Notes: a model not told the origin generated them from the sequence alone. A stretch of 64,000 bases of DNA from Prorocentrum cordatum (GCA_963575745.1 CAUYUJ010000305.1:1-64000); one strand, 5' to 3'; shown: positions 52,411 through 64,000, counted from the first letter of the stretch. Made by a program: numbers and translations.

Positions 52411-53806
52411 CCCAACCATCCTGTGGTGTTGGGTCTTCGTTTTGAAGAGACGGTGGCCCGCGTCTCCTCTCCTCCTCTCCTCCTCCCCCTCCTCCTTGCG
52501 TTTCACCCACCCAGCACAGCGTTTCGTAGCCCCATAAGGAGCTCCACCGAAGGCGCCAGTGGCAGGGTTCGCATGGCGGCCTCGGGCCATTTCGGCACAC
52601 CCCTCTCGAGGATCGTGGCCCCATAGGGAGCTCCACCGAAGGCTCCACTGGCAGGGTTCGCATGGCGGCCTCGGGCCGGGCCATTTCGGCACACCCTTCT
52701 CGAGGATCGTAGACTCATAAGGGAGCTCCACCGAAGGCCCTAGTGGCAGGGTTCGCATGGCGGCCTCGGGCCATTTCGGCACACCCCTCACGAGGATCGT
52801 GGCCCCATAGGGAGCTCCACCGAAGGCCCAGTGGCAGGGTTCGCATGGCGGCCTCGGGCCATTTCGGCACACCCCTCACGAGGATCGTGGCCCCATAGGG
52901 AGCTCCACCGAAGGCGCCAGTGGCAGGGTTCGCATGGCGGCATCGGGCCATTTCGGCACACCCCTCACGAGGATCGTGGCCCCATAGGAAGCTCCACCGA
53001 AGGCCCTAGCGGCAGGGTTCGCATGGCGGCCTCGGGCCATTTCGGCACACCCCTCACGAGGATCGTGGCCCCATAGGGAGCTCCACCGACTGCCCCCAGT
53101 GGCAGGGTTCGCATGGCGGCCTTGGGCCATTTCGGCACACCCCTCACGAGGATCGTGGCCCCATAGGGGGCTCCGCCGAAGGCCCCCAGTGGCAGGGTTC
53201 GCACGGCGGCCTCGGGCCATTTCGGCACACCCCTCACGACGATCGTGGCTCCACAGGGAGCTCCACCGAAGGCGCCAGTGGCAGGGTTCGCATGGCGGCC
53301 TCGGGCCATGTCGGCGCACCCCTCACGAGGATCGCGGCCCCATAGGGAGCTCCACCGAAGGCCCCAGTGGCAGGGTTCGCATGGCGGCTTCGGGCCATTT
53401 CGGCACACCCCTCACGAGGACCGTGGCCCTACTGCAGCTCCACCGAAGGCGCCAATGGCAGGGTTCGCATGGCGGCCCCGGGCCATTTCGGCACACCCCT
53501 CACGAGGATCGTGGCCCCATAGTTGCGCTGCTTCAACAACCGCGCCTGGGCGTCGTACTCCGCCTTGTCGACGTGCAACGCCACCTCCACCCTCATGGCT
53601 CTCAAGGCCCTTTCCTGCTTCTGCTCCTCGGTGAGAGGGACGCCGTCCTTGTCGTCGTCGGCGCCCGCGAAGACGGCCACGAACGTGTCCCTGAGCATGT
53701 CGGGCTCCGGCGGGAAGCCGTGGCCACATAGGGAGCGCGGGCGAAGATGGTATTCACAATTGCGGTATTCACAACTGCATATGGTTGGGTCCTTCGCCAG
53801 GATAAG
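52411..53806 (+). mobile_element. Non-autonomous Helentron/HINE-like element with ~11 copies of an ~89-bp tandem repeat, nested in a related element
   Basis: Left terminus CCCAACCAT follows TT. Its inverted copy ATGGTTGGG is subterminal (53781-53789), followed by hairpin TCCT-TCGCC-AGGA and TAAG|TTTT. There is a CT-rich tract and a central array. It splits an outer repeat unit at CACCCTCATT|TTTTGCGCACCCCTC with no clear TSD. Confidence 0.6.
53522..53719 (-). pseudogene. Unique coding-like fragment inside the tandem array, possibly from a Helitron Rep/helicase N-terminal (DUF6570-like) region
   Basis: Stop-free minus-strand translation GFPPEPDMLRDTFVAVFAG...EVALHVDKAEYDAQARLLKQRNY with GC3-rich codons. 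Flanked on both sides by GTGGCC(C/A)CATAG from the repeat unit. Family assignment is from memory of the motif pattern only. Confidence 0.4.
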
Positions 53807-55325
53807 TTTTGCGCACCCCTCACACGGTTCGTGGCCCCATAGGCCCATAGGGAGCTCCACCGAATGCATCAGTGGCAGGTCTCGTATGCAGTTCCACCCT
53901 CATTTCGGCGCACCCCTCACACGTTTCGTGGCCACATGGGGAGCTCCACCGAAGGCTCCAGAGGCAAGGATCGCATGCAGTTCGACCCTTATGTCGGCGC
54001 ACCCCTCACACGGTTCATGACCCCATAGGGAGCTCCGACAAAGGCCCCAGCGGCAAGGTTCGCATGCACCTTCGCCCTCATTTCGGTGCCCCTCTCACAC
54101 GGCTCGTGGCCCCAAAGGGGCTCCACCGAAGGCCCCAGTGGCAGGGCTCGCATGCAGTTCCACCCTCATTCCGGCACACCCCTCACTCGTCTCGTGGAAC
54201 CATTGGGAGTCCGCCGAAGGCCTCAGTGGCAGGCCTCGCATGCCGTTCCACCCCCATTTCGGCACACCCCTCGCTACGGCACCCACATAATTATGCACAT
54301 GATTGGTCTCTTCGCCAGGCTAATTCGGAACGTCGACCCTGGAGATCGCAACCCATTTTGAAGGCCTGGGAATGGGCACCAACACCAAGACAGGGGGCTG
54401 CCTCCACGGGGGGGAGATAATCCTAGATTTCGATGTTGGTGGTAATATTTCGGCCGCCTTGGAAGCCAGAGTATTACCACCATCACCGAGATCGGGATCT
54501 TTCTTCCCTCGGTGGAGGAACACCGCCGATATTGGTGTTGGTGTCAATCTCTAGGCCTGCGACCGTTCCCAAAATACCGGTTATTCATCCTGAGTCGTTG
54601 CTTGACGCTCCCGAGGCCCTGTGAGGGCCTCCTGCGGGCGAGGGCAACAAAAAGCCGCCCGCTGCGGCTGATTCCGGACCTGGGGGGGCCTGGGAGGGGG
54701 AAGGGGGAGAGGCACGGGGAACAACTATTAAGAGGCAACTACTAGGAGGTCTTCGTCCGAAGGATTAGGATGGATTAAGCCTCCATTTAGAGTAAGCCGG
54801 ACTAAGCCGGATGAAGCGGAATTAAGCCAGATTTCGGACCAGGACAAAATCAGAATTTGATCTCCCAGGAGTTGCATCCGAAGGGGAAGGGGGAGAGGCA
54901 CGGGGAACACCTGGGAGCGACGCGAAGGCGTTTTCCTGCCATCCGACGGGCTCAGGGGGCGCTCCCCGGGCGCAGCTGCCGGCTGGCCCCCCAGCAGCAG
55001 GGCCATGGCGCCGTCGTCGCAGCCCCGGAGGCGCTGGCCGCCGCCGGCGCGGCAGGCGGGCAGCTGCTCGGACACGTCCCGGCCGTTCCAGAGGACGCGC
55101 CACCTGAACGACGGAGAGCAGACCTGTCTGACGCGAGATGACATGGCGACCTCACGCTGCGGCTTCCGCGGGCCGCCGGCGCGGCACGCTTCATTGGAGA
55201 CGAGGGCGCTCACGCGCGACCTCACGCGGGGGAACTGACGCGCCAATGTCGGCGCAGCCGAACCCAATGTCGACGCAGCCGACTGTATTTCGGTGGCAAC
55301 TCCAGGGAACAAAATAAAGCGACAT

Positions 55326-55461
55326 GGATTGACAAAAGCTTCCAGAGCTCCGCGCAGATTTCTTGAATCGGTGCTGGGCGAACCCTGGCGGCGCCTCTCA
55401 AGGCGTCCCTGGTGCGCTTCGCGTGCCAGGGAGGCCGATCCAAGAAATCCGCGCGGGGCTC
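55326..55461. mobile_element. MITE family K (also ~28278-28397, ~63457-63582, partial ~58276-58400)
   Basis: TIRs GCTCCGCGC(A/G)GATTTCTTG and CAAGAAATCCGCGCGG(A/G)GC. Confidence 0.7.
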
Positions 55462-57493
55462 CAACATATTATGGATCATGATTATGAATTTTGTTCTTAT
55501 TCGATCATGGGAGCCTCACGTGGCATCTTGTTGGCCGTTGCGTATCGACGCAGGTCGATTTTAATCGACGCTAACTCGCGGCTAATCGACGCGATTCCAC
55601 GAAAGATCGGCGCTATCCAATCGATCACCCGACGCTGATCAACGCTAAGGCACTGCAGAGACGGAATAGCGAGGGTGTGACCACAAGGCTCCCATGAGTT
55701 GCTACCGAATTGCAGTGGGATGTGATTATGTTTGGGTGTCCCGCCCCACTCCCTGGCGTGCACTGTCCTTACACGTTTTCGGCTCCAGGGTTTCGTCCGC
55801 CTGGACGGCGCAGCGCTCAGCAGCAGTTGGGCGCTCGAGTTCCTTCAGATGACGATCCTGGGAGCCTTTTATTGTCACTTTGGCTTTCCTGCGATGCGCC
55901 TCCAGTGGGTCACAGTCGCTTGCTGGCGCCACTGGAAGCAACATGGGTGCCTCTGGAGGCCACTGGAGGCCGCAGGGGGTCACCGGAGGAGCCACTGGAG
56001 CCGCTCGAGGCTCGCGGGGGTCACTGGTGTCCCCTGGTGGCCCCTTGGGCAGACCGACGATTCAGGCTGCTCAGACTTGCCCTTACGCTACGAGCGCTGC
56101 ACCCTCCTCCGTCGCCCCAGAGATCCGCCGACCCTGTCGGCGTGTGGAACCCCTGTCGGCGTGCGCTCAGTCGACACAGCCGTTGTCCTCTTGCCCTGCG
56201 TCTCCGTCGGCCCCTTTCCCTGCACCCTCCTCTTCAAGCCTGCCAGCGAGAGAAAACCGTAGCAACGTCGTAAAGAAGTCGAAGGGAAGCCCCTTCCCTT
56301 TGATCCCTCCCCCGCCGAGTGGGGGGAGGGGGTCCTGGGGGGGGTCATATACGCATCCTCCCCTGGGCGTCCGGGAGCCCCCCAAAGCGCCAAGACGCGC
56401 CAAGAGGGCCCCAAGCAGGCCCAAGAAGAGGACCACGAACCAACATTTCGAGCTTCCCGCCCCAAGAAGCCCCCGGAAGGCCCCAAGAGCCCCTCAAGGG
56501 GCCCGAAGAGGCCCCCAAGAGACACCCAAGAGGCCCAACAGAGGCCCCAACAGGCCCGAAAACATCCAAGAGGCCTTTCAACCACAATCCCAGCACGGTG
56601 GCGGGAAGGGCCGCAGGCCACGAGGCTCCCTGTCTGTCTCTGCTACGACTTCCTCGGCCCACATGGGGAACATCTCCTTCGCCTTCTCCTGCTCCCTTCC
56701 ACCTTCATCCCCCTCCTCCTCCTCCTCCTCCTCCTCCTCCTCCTCCTCCTCGTCCTCCTCGTATTCGGCGTCGTCGTCTTCAGGGTCGGCGGCACCGGCC
56801 GTAAGGCTTTAGCACTACAGATCGCGCTCGCTGCCCCTCAGCGAGCTGCAAAGTCCTTGCCACTTGGAGCAGGAAATAAATCCTTTAAACCTTCTTCCGT
56901 CGGCGACGAGGCAGAGGCAGCCCGCAACAGCGTGGAGCTCATCGGGGAAGTCGATGGCAGCTTGTCCAGCGTGCAAGAGAGAAACAGAGAGAGAGAGAGA
57001 GGCGAAGACGAGGGCGGCCGCGCGAAGGGAGGAGGAGGGAGCCCCAGAGACTCAGATCGCGCTCGCTGCCCCTCAGCGAGCTTCAACGTCCCTGCCCGCT
57101 GTGGAGCAGGACATTCCTCCTTGAATAGGGGGAAAACAAACCTACCTCGCTTTTGACCACCCTCGCTTCCAAGAGATACCAAACGATGCCAAATTGCAGC
57201 CTGTACTGGTCAGGCCGCTTGACGAGGAGACGCGTGGTATGGCTTGGTTTTGCCTGGAAGCGAAAGCGGGGTAGGTAATTCACGCTCTGGTCGAAGCGCC
57301 CGCCGCCTGGAGCCGCCGCCTGGCGCCAGCCACCTCTCCACCTGACCGGCGCGTGGAGAACGGACCCCTCCGGGGGGCTGCCCTCGCAGCTCCTCTCCCG
57401 GGCTCGAGACCCGGGAAGAGAAGCGCCTGCCTCGCTGACTTGAAGTCTGGCAGGTCTCCTTGCATGGCGTTCGGGCGCCCCCTTCTTTCGGCG

Positions 57494-57652
57494 TTGGACA
57501 AACCTCCCTTTAGTAAACCTCCCCTTAGTGAAAACGGCCTGGGACCGAAACCGACGGACCTGAACCCGCAAAAATGACGGCCGCGACGCCCTCTCACGAA
57601 CCGAAAACGGCCAATTCCTCAATCGACGTGTCAGGGTAGGAGGTCTGTCCAA
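57494..57652. mobile_element. MITE family J (second copy at ~28837-28992)
   Basis: TIRs TTGGACAAACCTCC and GGAGGTCTGTCCAA; the two copies align over ~150 bp. Confidence 0.75.
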
Positions 57653-59269
57653 CCCCGATTCTTCCGCCACCATTCGAGCGGCGCTGGGCCGCAGAGGCGC
57701 GCAAAGGGGTCCAGACTTGCGCTGCGTCTGGATTCCCTCACGGGCCTCACCACGCCCCCCCAACTCAATGCAAAAAACCTTGCCCGCGTCTGGAAGACAC
57801 TGCCTTCCATTGCCATGCAACACGCGTGGGGCCACCAAAGAGGTGCGGCAGGGAACAAAGCAACATACAGCTGCCTCACAAGGACCCCTCCAGGAGCGCG
57901 TTCTGACAGCGAATCCGGTCGCAACGACGAGGAACAAACCGCGGCATCGGCGTCTTCCTCCTCTGACCCGGAGAGTGGGATCGGCGAGGAAAACTTCCAG
58001 GAGGGCGCTTTCGCGTCATTAGAATTACACCAGAGAGAACCCCAATCAATACATAATTTTCGCTGAGGAGATCGACCGAGCACCCAGGAGCCCGGGAACC
58101 GAGAACCCACCGAAGTCGGCCCGGAACCAACCCGGAACAGGGAACCCGGGAACCCAGCCTGCAACCAAAATCGGCGGGAAACTTTCGCCAAATCTTTCAA
58201 CTCCGCTCGGACCCTTCCAGTGCAAGCACTGATTGGGGAGTAAAGAATCTCGGCGCAAACAGGAAGGACTTTTGCGAGCTCTGCGCGGATTTCTTGGCTC
58301 GGCGCTGGAAAACCCGTCCCTGGCGCGAGGAGCGAGCCAGGGACAGCGCTTGAGGCGCCTACGGGGGGGGGGGGCCAGCGCTAGACGAGCGCGTTCCACT
58401 GATCACAAAGTGGCTACTCGCAAATGGCCTGGATACGCCGCGGGGGATCTACGACACATGACATCAAAGCAGCCATGTGTTTTTTTCTGACGTTTGCGAG
58501 TAGGCACTTTGCGAGTAGTGGAACGCGCTCGGTGATGTATGCAATGACTTAGGTGATGGCATCAGAACCCTGCCCCCACAAACCATCGATTCTCCTGAAT
58601 CGAGGGGAGGCGGGGGTAGGAATCGGACTTCGCCGCGGGCACTCCGGATTCCGAACCCTGCACCCGCCGCCCATCGAAATGCCGCCAAAAAACACTAGGA
58701 CCATTGATTTGGCAAAATCGACCGGCTAATCAAACTCGACTGTATACTCGGTGGCAGCTCATGGGAGCCTTCCGTGCCATGGTGTTGGCTCTTGCGAACC
58801 TACGCCAACTAATGTAATCTACGCTACATAGTCGACGCTAATGCTGCGCTAGTCGACGCCAGATTCGACGCTACTCGAACCTGTATCGGTGGGTCCGCAT
58901 CGATTTTCACACGCCACGCGAATGCACTCTAAAGACAGAATTCCAAGGACATGGGGGGCTCCCATGATTTGCAACCGAATTGTACCGCGGGTTCGTGTCG
59001 TGTCGACCCCAGCGTGGGTTCCTGGCACCACGGGGCTCGGTCAACCTTGACCGATCAGTCGTGTCCGAAACGTCAGATCGTTCAACAGAGTCGCCGGCAA
59101 CGTTCAAGGCTGACAGCCAGCGGCGGGTCCGCCGCAAGTCGATACGACGAGAACCTTCCGCATCGGGGTCCGATCCAAACCTCCAAATGCCAAATTCGGG
59201 AAAACTGGCCGCCCCCATGTTCCGTGAAGTTAGAAATATGGGTTAACGTTCAGATTCGAACCCCATGGA

Positions 59270-59462
59270 GGCCTCCTAGATGGGTCCGAGTAACGGGGTC
59301 GAAGAATCGCGCAACATCGCCAATGAATCTCCGATGTATCGGCGATGCATGGGCGGCATCAACGTGGAGAAACACGGGCTCCACATCATGCCGAATCGTC
59401 TATGCATTGGCGTTGCGGCGCGATCCTCCGACCCCATCTACTCGGACCCCATCTGGGAGGCC
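59270..59462. mobile_element. MITE family H (also ~22310-22465, ~31608-31750, ~39218-39375, ~61500-61645, and related ~21010-21210)
   Basis: TIRs GGCCTCCTAGATGGGTCCGAGTA and TACTCGGACCCCATCTGGGAGGCC; internal CATCGGCGATG repeats and GGAGAAACACGGGCTCCACATC. Confidence 0.7.
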
Positions 59463-59603
59463 TTGACCCCGGGTCGGTTCTGGCGTGCGTTCCAGCCAGA
59501 GCTTCCACCAGGCGGATCCAGATGTTCCACCGAGGCAGATCCACGAGAAACCCCCCAACCAGACAGAAGCGCCCCAGAACCCCCATCCTCGAACCTGGAG
59601 TTA

Positions 59604-59764
59604 GGTCAGGCATGTCCTCCTAAAGGCGGATTTGTGGCGAAAGTATATAAACAAAAACAACCATCTGTTCAAGAATAATCAGAAGATGTAACAACATCGA
59701 TCGTCCCCAGACTGTTGTTAGCACAATTTTTGAACATTCCTCCTGTGGAGGGAAACGCCCGACT
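59604..59764. mobile_element. MITE family A, short copy
   Basis: GGTCAGGCATGTCCTCCTAAAGGCGGATT ... ATTCCTCCTGTGGAGGGAAACGCCCGACT. Confidence 0.75.
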
Positions 59765-59779
59765 GAAACCTAGAGAATT

Positions 59780-59958
59780 TCGGGGGCGGCCAAGAGGTGG
59801 GGGGTGTAAATCATGGCCGGCGGCATGTGCGCGGTTAAAGGGGAGGGGCCAAGGACGTAATGAAATAAGAAGAGGCGCCATGACATTTTGGGAAATATCA
59901 TGGCCCGCGCCATGATATCCACCCCCCTAGTCATCACCCCCCTCTTTGCCGCCCCCGA
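59780..59958. mobile_element. MITE family C, TCGG...CCGA termini, 5-bp TSD (GAATT)
   Basis: TIRs TCGGGGGCGGCCAAGAGG and CCTCTTTGCCGCCCCCGA, with GAATT on both sides. Homologous to 61862-62054 and ~3834-4030. Confidence 0.88.
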
Positions 59959-60202
59959 GAATTGGGCTTTCTTTCGGCTCGTGTTATGTTGCTCCCATCG
60001 TACTTGAGGACCACATCCCAGAAATCACTTCGAGCACCCGGAACAGTGTCGAAGGAGTGTCGCAAGAGAGTCGACACGGCGTCGGGCGAGTGCCTCCCAG
60101 GGGCCCGACGCGTGAACAAACCCTCGAGTTTCGGCATTTGGGCTGGTGCTCGAGAGTCTTGCTGGCGGTCAAGGCTAACGTAGGTTGGAACATCATAATT
60201 GA

Positions 60203-60360
60203 AGGGGCCCCAGGACACACAAATAAATACACACAAATAACAAGGTTCCCCATCTTTTCCCCCATTTTCTGGGTTTCTGTCTTCCCCCCCACTGCCCGTA
60301 TTTTCCCATATTTTCTGGGGGATCGCCGATGAATTGTGTGTGTGTCTTTTTCCCTCCGGA
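60203..60360 (+). repeat. Dispersed ~155-bp repeat family (copies at ~18578-18735, 29362-29525, 51368-51525, 60203-60360)
   Basis: Shared GAAGGGGCCC..GGACACACAAATAAATACACACAAATAA...TTCCCCATATTTT...TTTCCCTCC; all four copies have the same orientation. Confidence 0.85.
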
Positions 60361-61861
60361 ATAAGGCTCGTGGCGAGCCTCCAGGTGCGAAGCGAAGGGC
60401 GGCCGGGCCGCCAGCTCGGCGCCGCCGCAGGCGCCCGACCCGAGCAGCGCCGCCCGCGCGGCGGCCAGCAGCGGGCCGTCGGCGCTCCACACCGCGAGGG
60501 CGCCGCCGCCGCCGATGAGCTCCGCGTGCAGCTCGCCGGCCACACGCAGGCGTGACCCCAGGCAAGATTTTGGAGTCGGGAGGCCACTGCTGGAAGGTTC
60601 TCGTCGGAAGGATTCAGGGAGAGTGTAGGCCTCATTGGAGAGCTTGTTCCGCAGGAGTGGACCTCGGATTAAGCAGGATTAAGCCGGATTAAACGGGATT
60701 AAGCGGGATTAAGCGGGATCAAGCGGGATTAAGCCGGATTTCGGACCAGGGCGAAAACAGAATTCGGCCTCCCAAGAATTTCATCCGAATTGGAGGTCGC
60801 TGGGGGGGCAGCGATGTCTCCAGGGCCAAATCCGTCAATAGCAATCCTTACGACCCCCAGCCCAAGAGAAGCCGGGAGCCTGAGTTTGCTCTTGTGGGCG
60901 ATTGGGCTGTTTAGGTTTGCTCTTACCCTACGAGCATTCGGGAGCCTGGGTTTGATCTTGTGGGCGATTGGGCTGGTTAGGTTTGCTCTTACCCTACGAG
61001 CATTCAATCCCCCCTCCGTCGCCCCAGAAACACAAATCGCGCTCGCTGCTCTTCAATGAGCTTCAAGCAAGAGTGACCTCTGGTGCGCGACTTTCGGGGG
61101 GCGCGTGAGGGCCGGGCCCGAGCAAAGAAGCCGCTTTTATAACACACCGCCTGTCGTCCGCACCAATAGAGGCCCAGTCTGTCTGCACCAGTAGAGGCCT
61201 TCTGGACGAGGCCCGAATAGATGCATTGACGATGTAGCGGCGATGCATGTGACCGTTTTTTTCTTGCCCGGAAAACTGTCGTTACCCTGGGGGGCCTTCG
61301 GGCGGGAAGCTAACGTTAACGGCGGCCAAGGCGTGCATCCGCCTGGGTGCGTCCGCGCCAACCTCGACCCAATCGCCTGTGTGCACCACAGCATGTAGGG
61401 GGGGTCCAGGCCCACCCCCCGTACGATCGTTAGTGGTACAAGGGGGAGGCGGGGGAGAGTTGGCCGGGCTAACGAAGGTTACCCTGGGGAGGAACAAATA
61501 CGCCCACCATCGGCGATGCATTGTCGACATCGGCGGTGCTTCTGCGACGTCGGCGAGGAGAAAATCGGGCTCCACATCGCGCCGCATCGGCGATGCATCG
61601 GCGATGGCGCGCGATCTTCCGACTCCATCTACTTCGACCCCAGGGAAATTGGAAGGTACCGATCACGCTTCTCCCCAGACCTTTCCCGAGGTGCGTTCAG
61701 ACCAGGCTTTCGAGGCGGATCCAGCGGTGGTGACGAAGACCTCCCAGAAGGCCCAACATGGGACGAAACCAGGGAAGGGGACCAGTATGGGTACCTTTCC
61801 CCCCTCCTCTGTAAGCTCTGGGTGCTCGATGTGCACGCACAGAAGGGGTGGCTGCGGCGAA

Positions 61862-62054
61862 TCGGGAGCGGCCAAGAGGGGGGTGTCCAAGAGGGGGGGG
61901 TACAAATCATGACCGGCGGCATGTGCGCGGCCAAGCGGGGGGGGCTGGGACGTAATGACATAAGAAGAGGCGCCATGAAATCAGAGGAAAAATCATGGCC
62001 CGCGCCATGATATCCACCCCCCGTAGTCATCACCCCCCTCTTTTCCGCCCCCGA
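61862..62054. mobile_element. MITE family C, 5-bp TSD (GCGAA)
   Basis: Same TIR and internal sequence (ATCATGACCGGCGGCATGTGCGCGG). GCGAA at 61857-61861 and 62055-62059. Confidence 0.88.
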
Positions 62055-62187
62055 GCGAAGGGTCTCTCCTACGCGTGGCCGGGCTCGGCGAGCAAGCGGC
62101 GGCGCCAGGCGGCGCCGGGCGGCGAGGCGAGCCACCTGCAGAAGCCCTCCTCGGAGCATCACTGAACTCCAGGAGCGGGCAGGGCCC

Positions 62188-62379
62188 TACGGCAGCTTCG
62201 TGTCGTGCCGACCCCAGCGTTGGTTTTTGACACCGCAGGAATCGTTCAACCTTGAACGATCGGCCGCTGCCGCAACGTCCGGTCGTTCAACATCGATCGA
62301 TTCTGGGTCGCCGGCGGCGTTCAACCTTGAACGCCCGCGCTGGGGTCGCCGCTGGTCGACACGACGCAAACCTACCGTA
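62188..62379. mobile_element. MITE family B copy
   Basis: 192 bp, the same length as 11978-12169, with only a few substitutions. Confidence 0.87.
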
Positions 62380-64000
62380 TGGGCTATACGGTCAAAACTG
62401 GTTTTAAGGATGCGCGAAAACTAAGCGAGGGCCGTGGACGCGCATGTCAAAGCTTTTCGAGCGGGGCTGGCCATCGAAAAGGGTCAGGGATGGACCGAAG
62501 ATGACCGGAAAGGGCACGAATGCAGGGGCACCACCAGACCATACAGTACATTCGCTTGCGTCGGCACGCGCAAAACTTTTTGGCACCGCGCGGGTCGTTC
62601 AACCTTGAGCCGGTTGGGGCCCCGTCCGTTCAAGATGTTATTCCGACAAGCCCTGTGGCTTTACCGTGCCACTGGTGCTTCCGCGTCCTTCGATCGTGCG
62701 AAACACAACCTTAAACGCCTTCGCGAGCGTCACCGGCGCGCCGTCGCCGCATGAGCCTACCGTATGCCTCGAAAAAGCCCCTGCGGGGGGGAGGCCAGGG
62801 TTCCTGGCCGTGGGTCTGGTCTAGAAGACTCTCCTGATTCGGGCGTGGGTCTTGTGTAACGTGGCTCCCTGGGCGGTGCAGTCTGCATGGGGCGGGGAGG
62901 TGGGGTGGCGCACAAACTTGCAGAAATGAAGCGAACCAATCAATGAAATCTATTGAACTTTCGCATGCGTTCCATGCATACCCTTTCCTTCTCTTTCTCT
63001 CTCACTCTCTCTCACTCTCTCTTCTTTCGCTAACTCTGCTCGGAACTCTCTGACCCGTGTACTTTTTATTACAATGTACACATCCCAAGCCCAAAAACTC
63101 CACGATGCCATATCGAGGCCCCTTATGCAACTTGCGCCCTGGGCCGAAAAAGGATGTAGCGCCACCCAGCAGGATTCCCCTGAATCAGCCCCGAGGTGGC
63201 TGAAGATTGCCGCTGGCGGGCTCAATGGTAAAGCTGGTCTAAGCTACTTGCAGCAAGGCGTAACCGTCGATTGCGTCGTACACCCTGCGAAATGCTTTAG
63301 AAATCATGGGTTAAGAAATTCATAGTCTCAGAATTGGAATAAAAGCCCAGAACGTCTATCAAAATCTTAGGATCTGCATTGAAACATTAAGAATAATCGA
63401 GACTCTGGCCGAAAACTTTGGTTTTCTTAAGCATCGCCTAGAGTGTAAGTGCGAGCCCTCCGCGCGAATTTCTCGGATCGGCGCTGGAGCCTCGTCCCCT
63501 TGCGCGGGGAGCGTGCCACGGGGCGGCGCCAGAGGCGTCGCCAGGGGAACTCGGCGCCGATCCAAGGAATCCGCGCGGAACTTCGAAGATCTGGGGCGTT
63601 CCAAAAATGGCCTCGCCTTCGAGGATCGGAGGAGTCGTCGTCTCTTCCGCAGCGGAAGGCGTCGGAAGGGCGGCGGAAAGCCAGCGCAATGAAAACGAGG
63701 CCGCCTCTGCCGGCGGAGGCCGGCGGGCGTCGACGAGAGTAAAAGATGCGCACCCAAGAGTGGAGGCGTTTTTGGGATCAGGATTTCCGAAATCGCCCAT
63801 ATGTTTTCTTTTTGGTCAGCGGCCGCAGGCGAGCGCGCCAGCGGCGGGTCCAGTCAAAGCGGGGCACGCAGCGACGAATTGAACTAAAGCGACGGAGGGT
63901 GGCCACACCTACAGCGGCTAACCGGGACCACACGCAGCAGCTCAGCGGCGGACCGGCGAGGGAGGGGGTTGCTGAAACTGAGTCAACCCATATGTTTACG

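Larger units (their letters stand above)
51595..54323 (+). mobile_element. Outer, older HINE-like element with an ~89-bp tandem array (second subtype), split by the nested copy
   Basis: Left end CCCAGCCATCCTGTGGT, then a (CCTCT)n tract and units GGGAGCTCCACCGAAGGCCCCAGTGGCAGGGTTCGCATGCA...CACCCTCATTTCGGCGCACCCCTCACACGG at ~51920-52410 and ~53811-54270. Right end ATGATTGGTCTCTTCGCCAGGCTAA parallels the inner right end. Confidence 0.55.

Noticed and set aside
51920..54270. CRISPR array
   Set aside because: Units are ~89-bp contiguous degenerate repeats without regular unique spacers, there are no cas genes, and the context is eukaryotic.

Overview
Repeat-saturated, GC-rich eukaryotic nuclear DNA. 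A perfect 22-nt dinoflagellate spliced leader (DinoSL) at 50178-50199 (minus strand) points to a dinoflagellate; the species cannot be determined. The only long, credible coding unit is an apparently intact 6.58-kb non-LTR retrotransposon (43620-50199, minus strand). Its ORF1 has a C4 zinc finger and coiled coil; its ORF2 has APE endonuclease, RT, CCHC finger, RNase H and C-terminal Cys/His knuckles. The element starts exactly with the full DinoSL, has no poly(A) tail, and is bounded by pure (GGA)18 and (GGA)39 tracts. This suggests an SL-capped, possibly promoter-less LINE that inserts into (TCC)n microsatellites. The rest of the window holds long (TAG)n, (GAG)n, (GAT)n and (CA)n microsatellites and about ten families of 130-200 bp MITE-like elements, including TCGG...CCGA elements with 5-bp TSDs. 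It also has nested Helentron/HINE-like elements built on a ~89-bp tandem repeat, one carrying a coding-like insert, and an RTE-type LINE 3' remnant. Several short candidate exons with AG acceptors and GC/GA/GT donors may belong to a long-intron host gene on the minus strand. No rRNA, tRNA or CRISPR array was found. Almost all other ORFs in the track are microsatellite or GC-content artefacts. All calls were made by eye, with no database searches.
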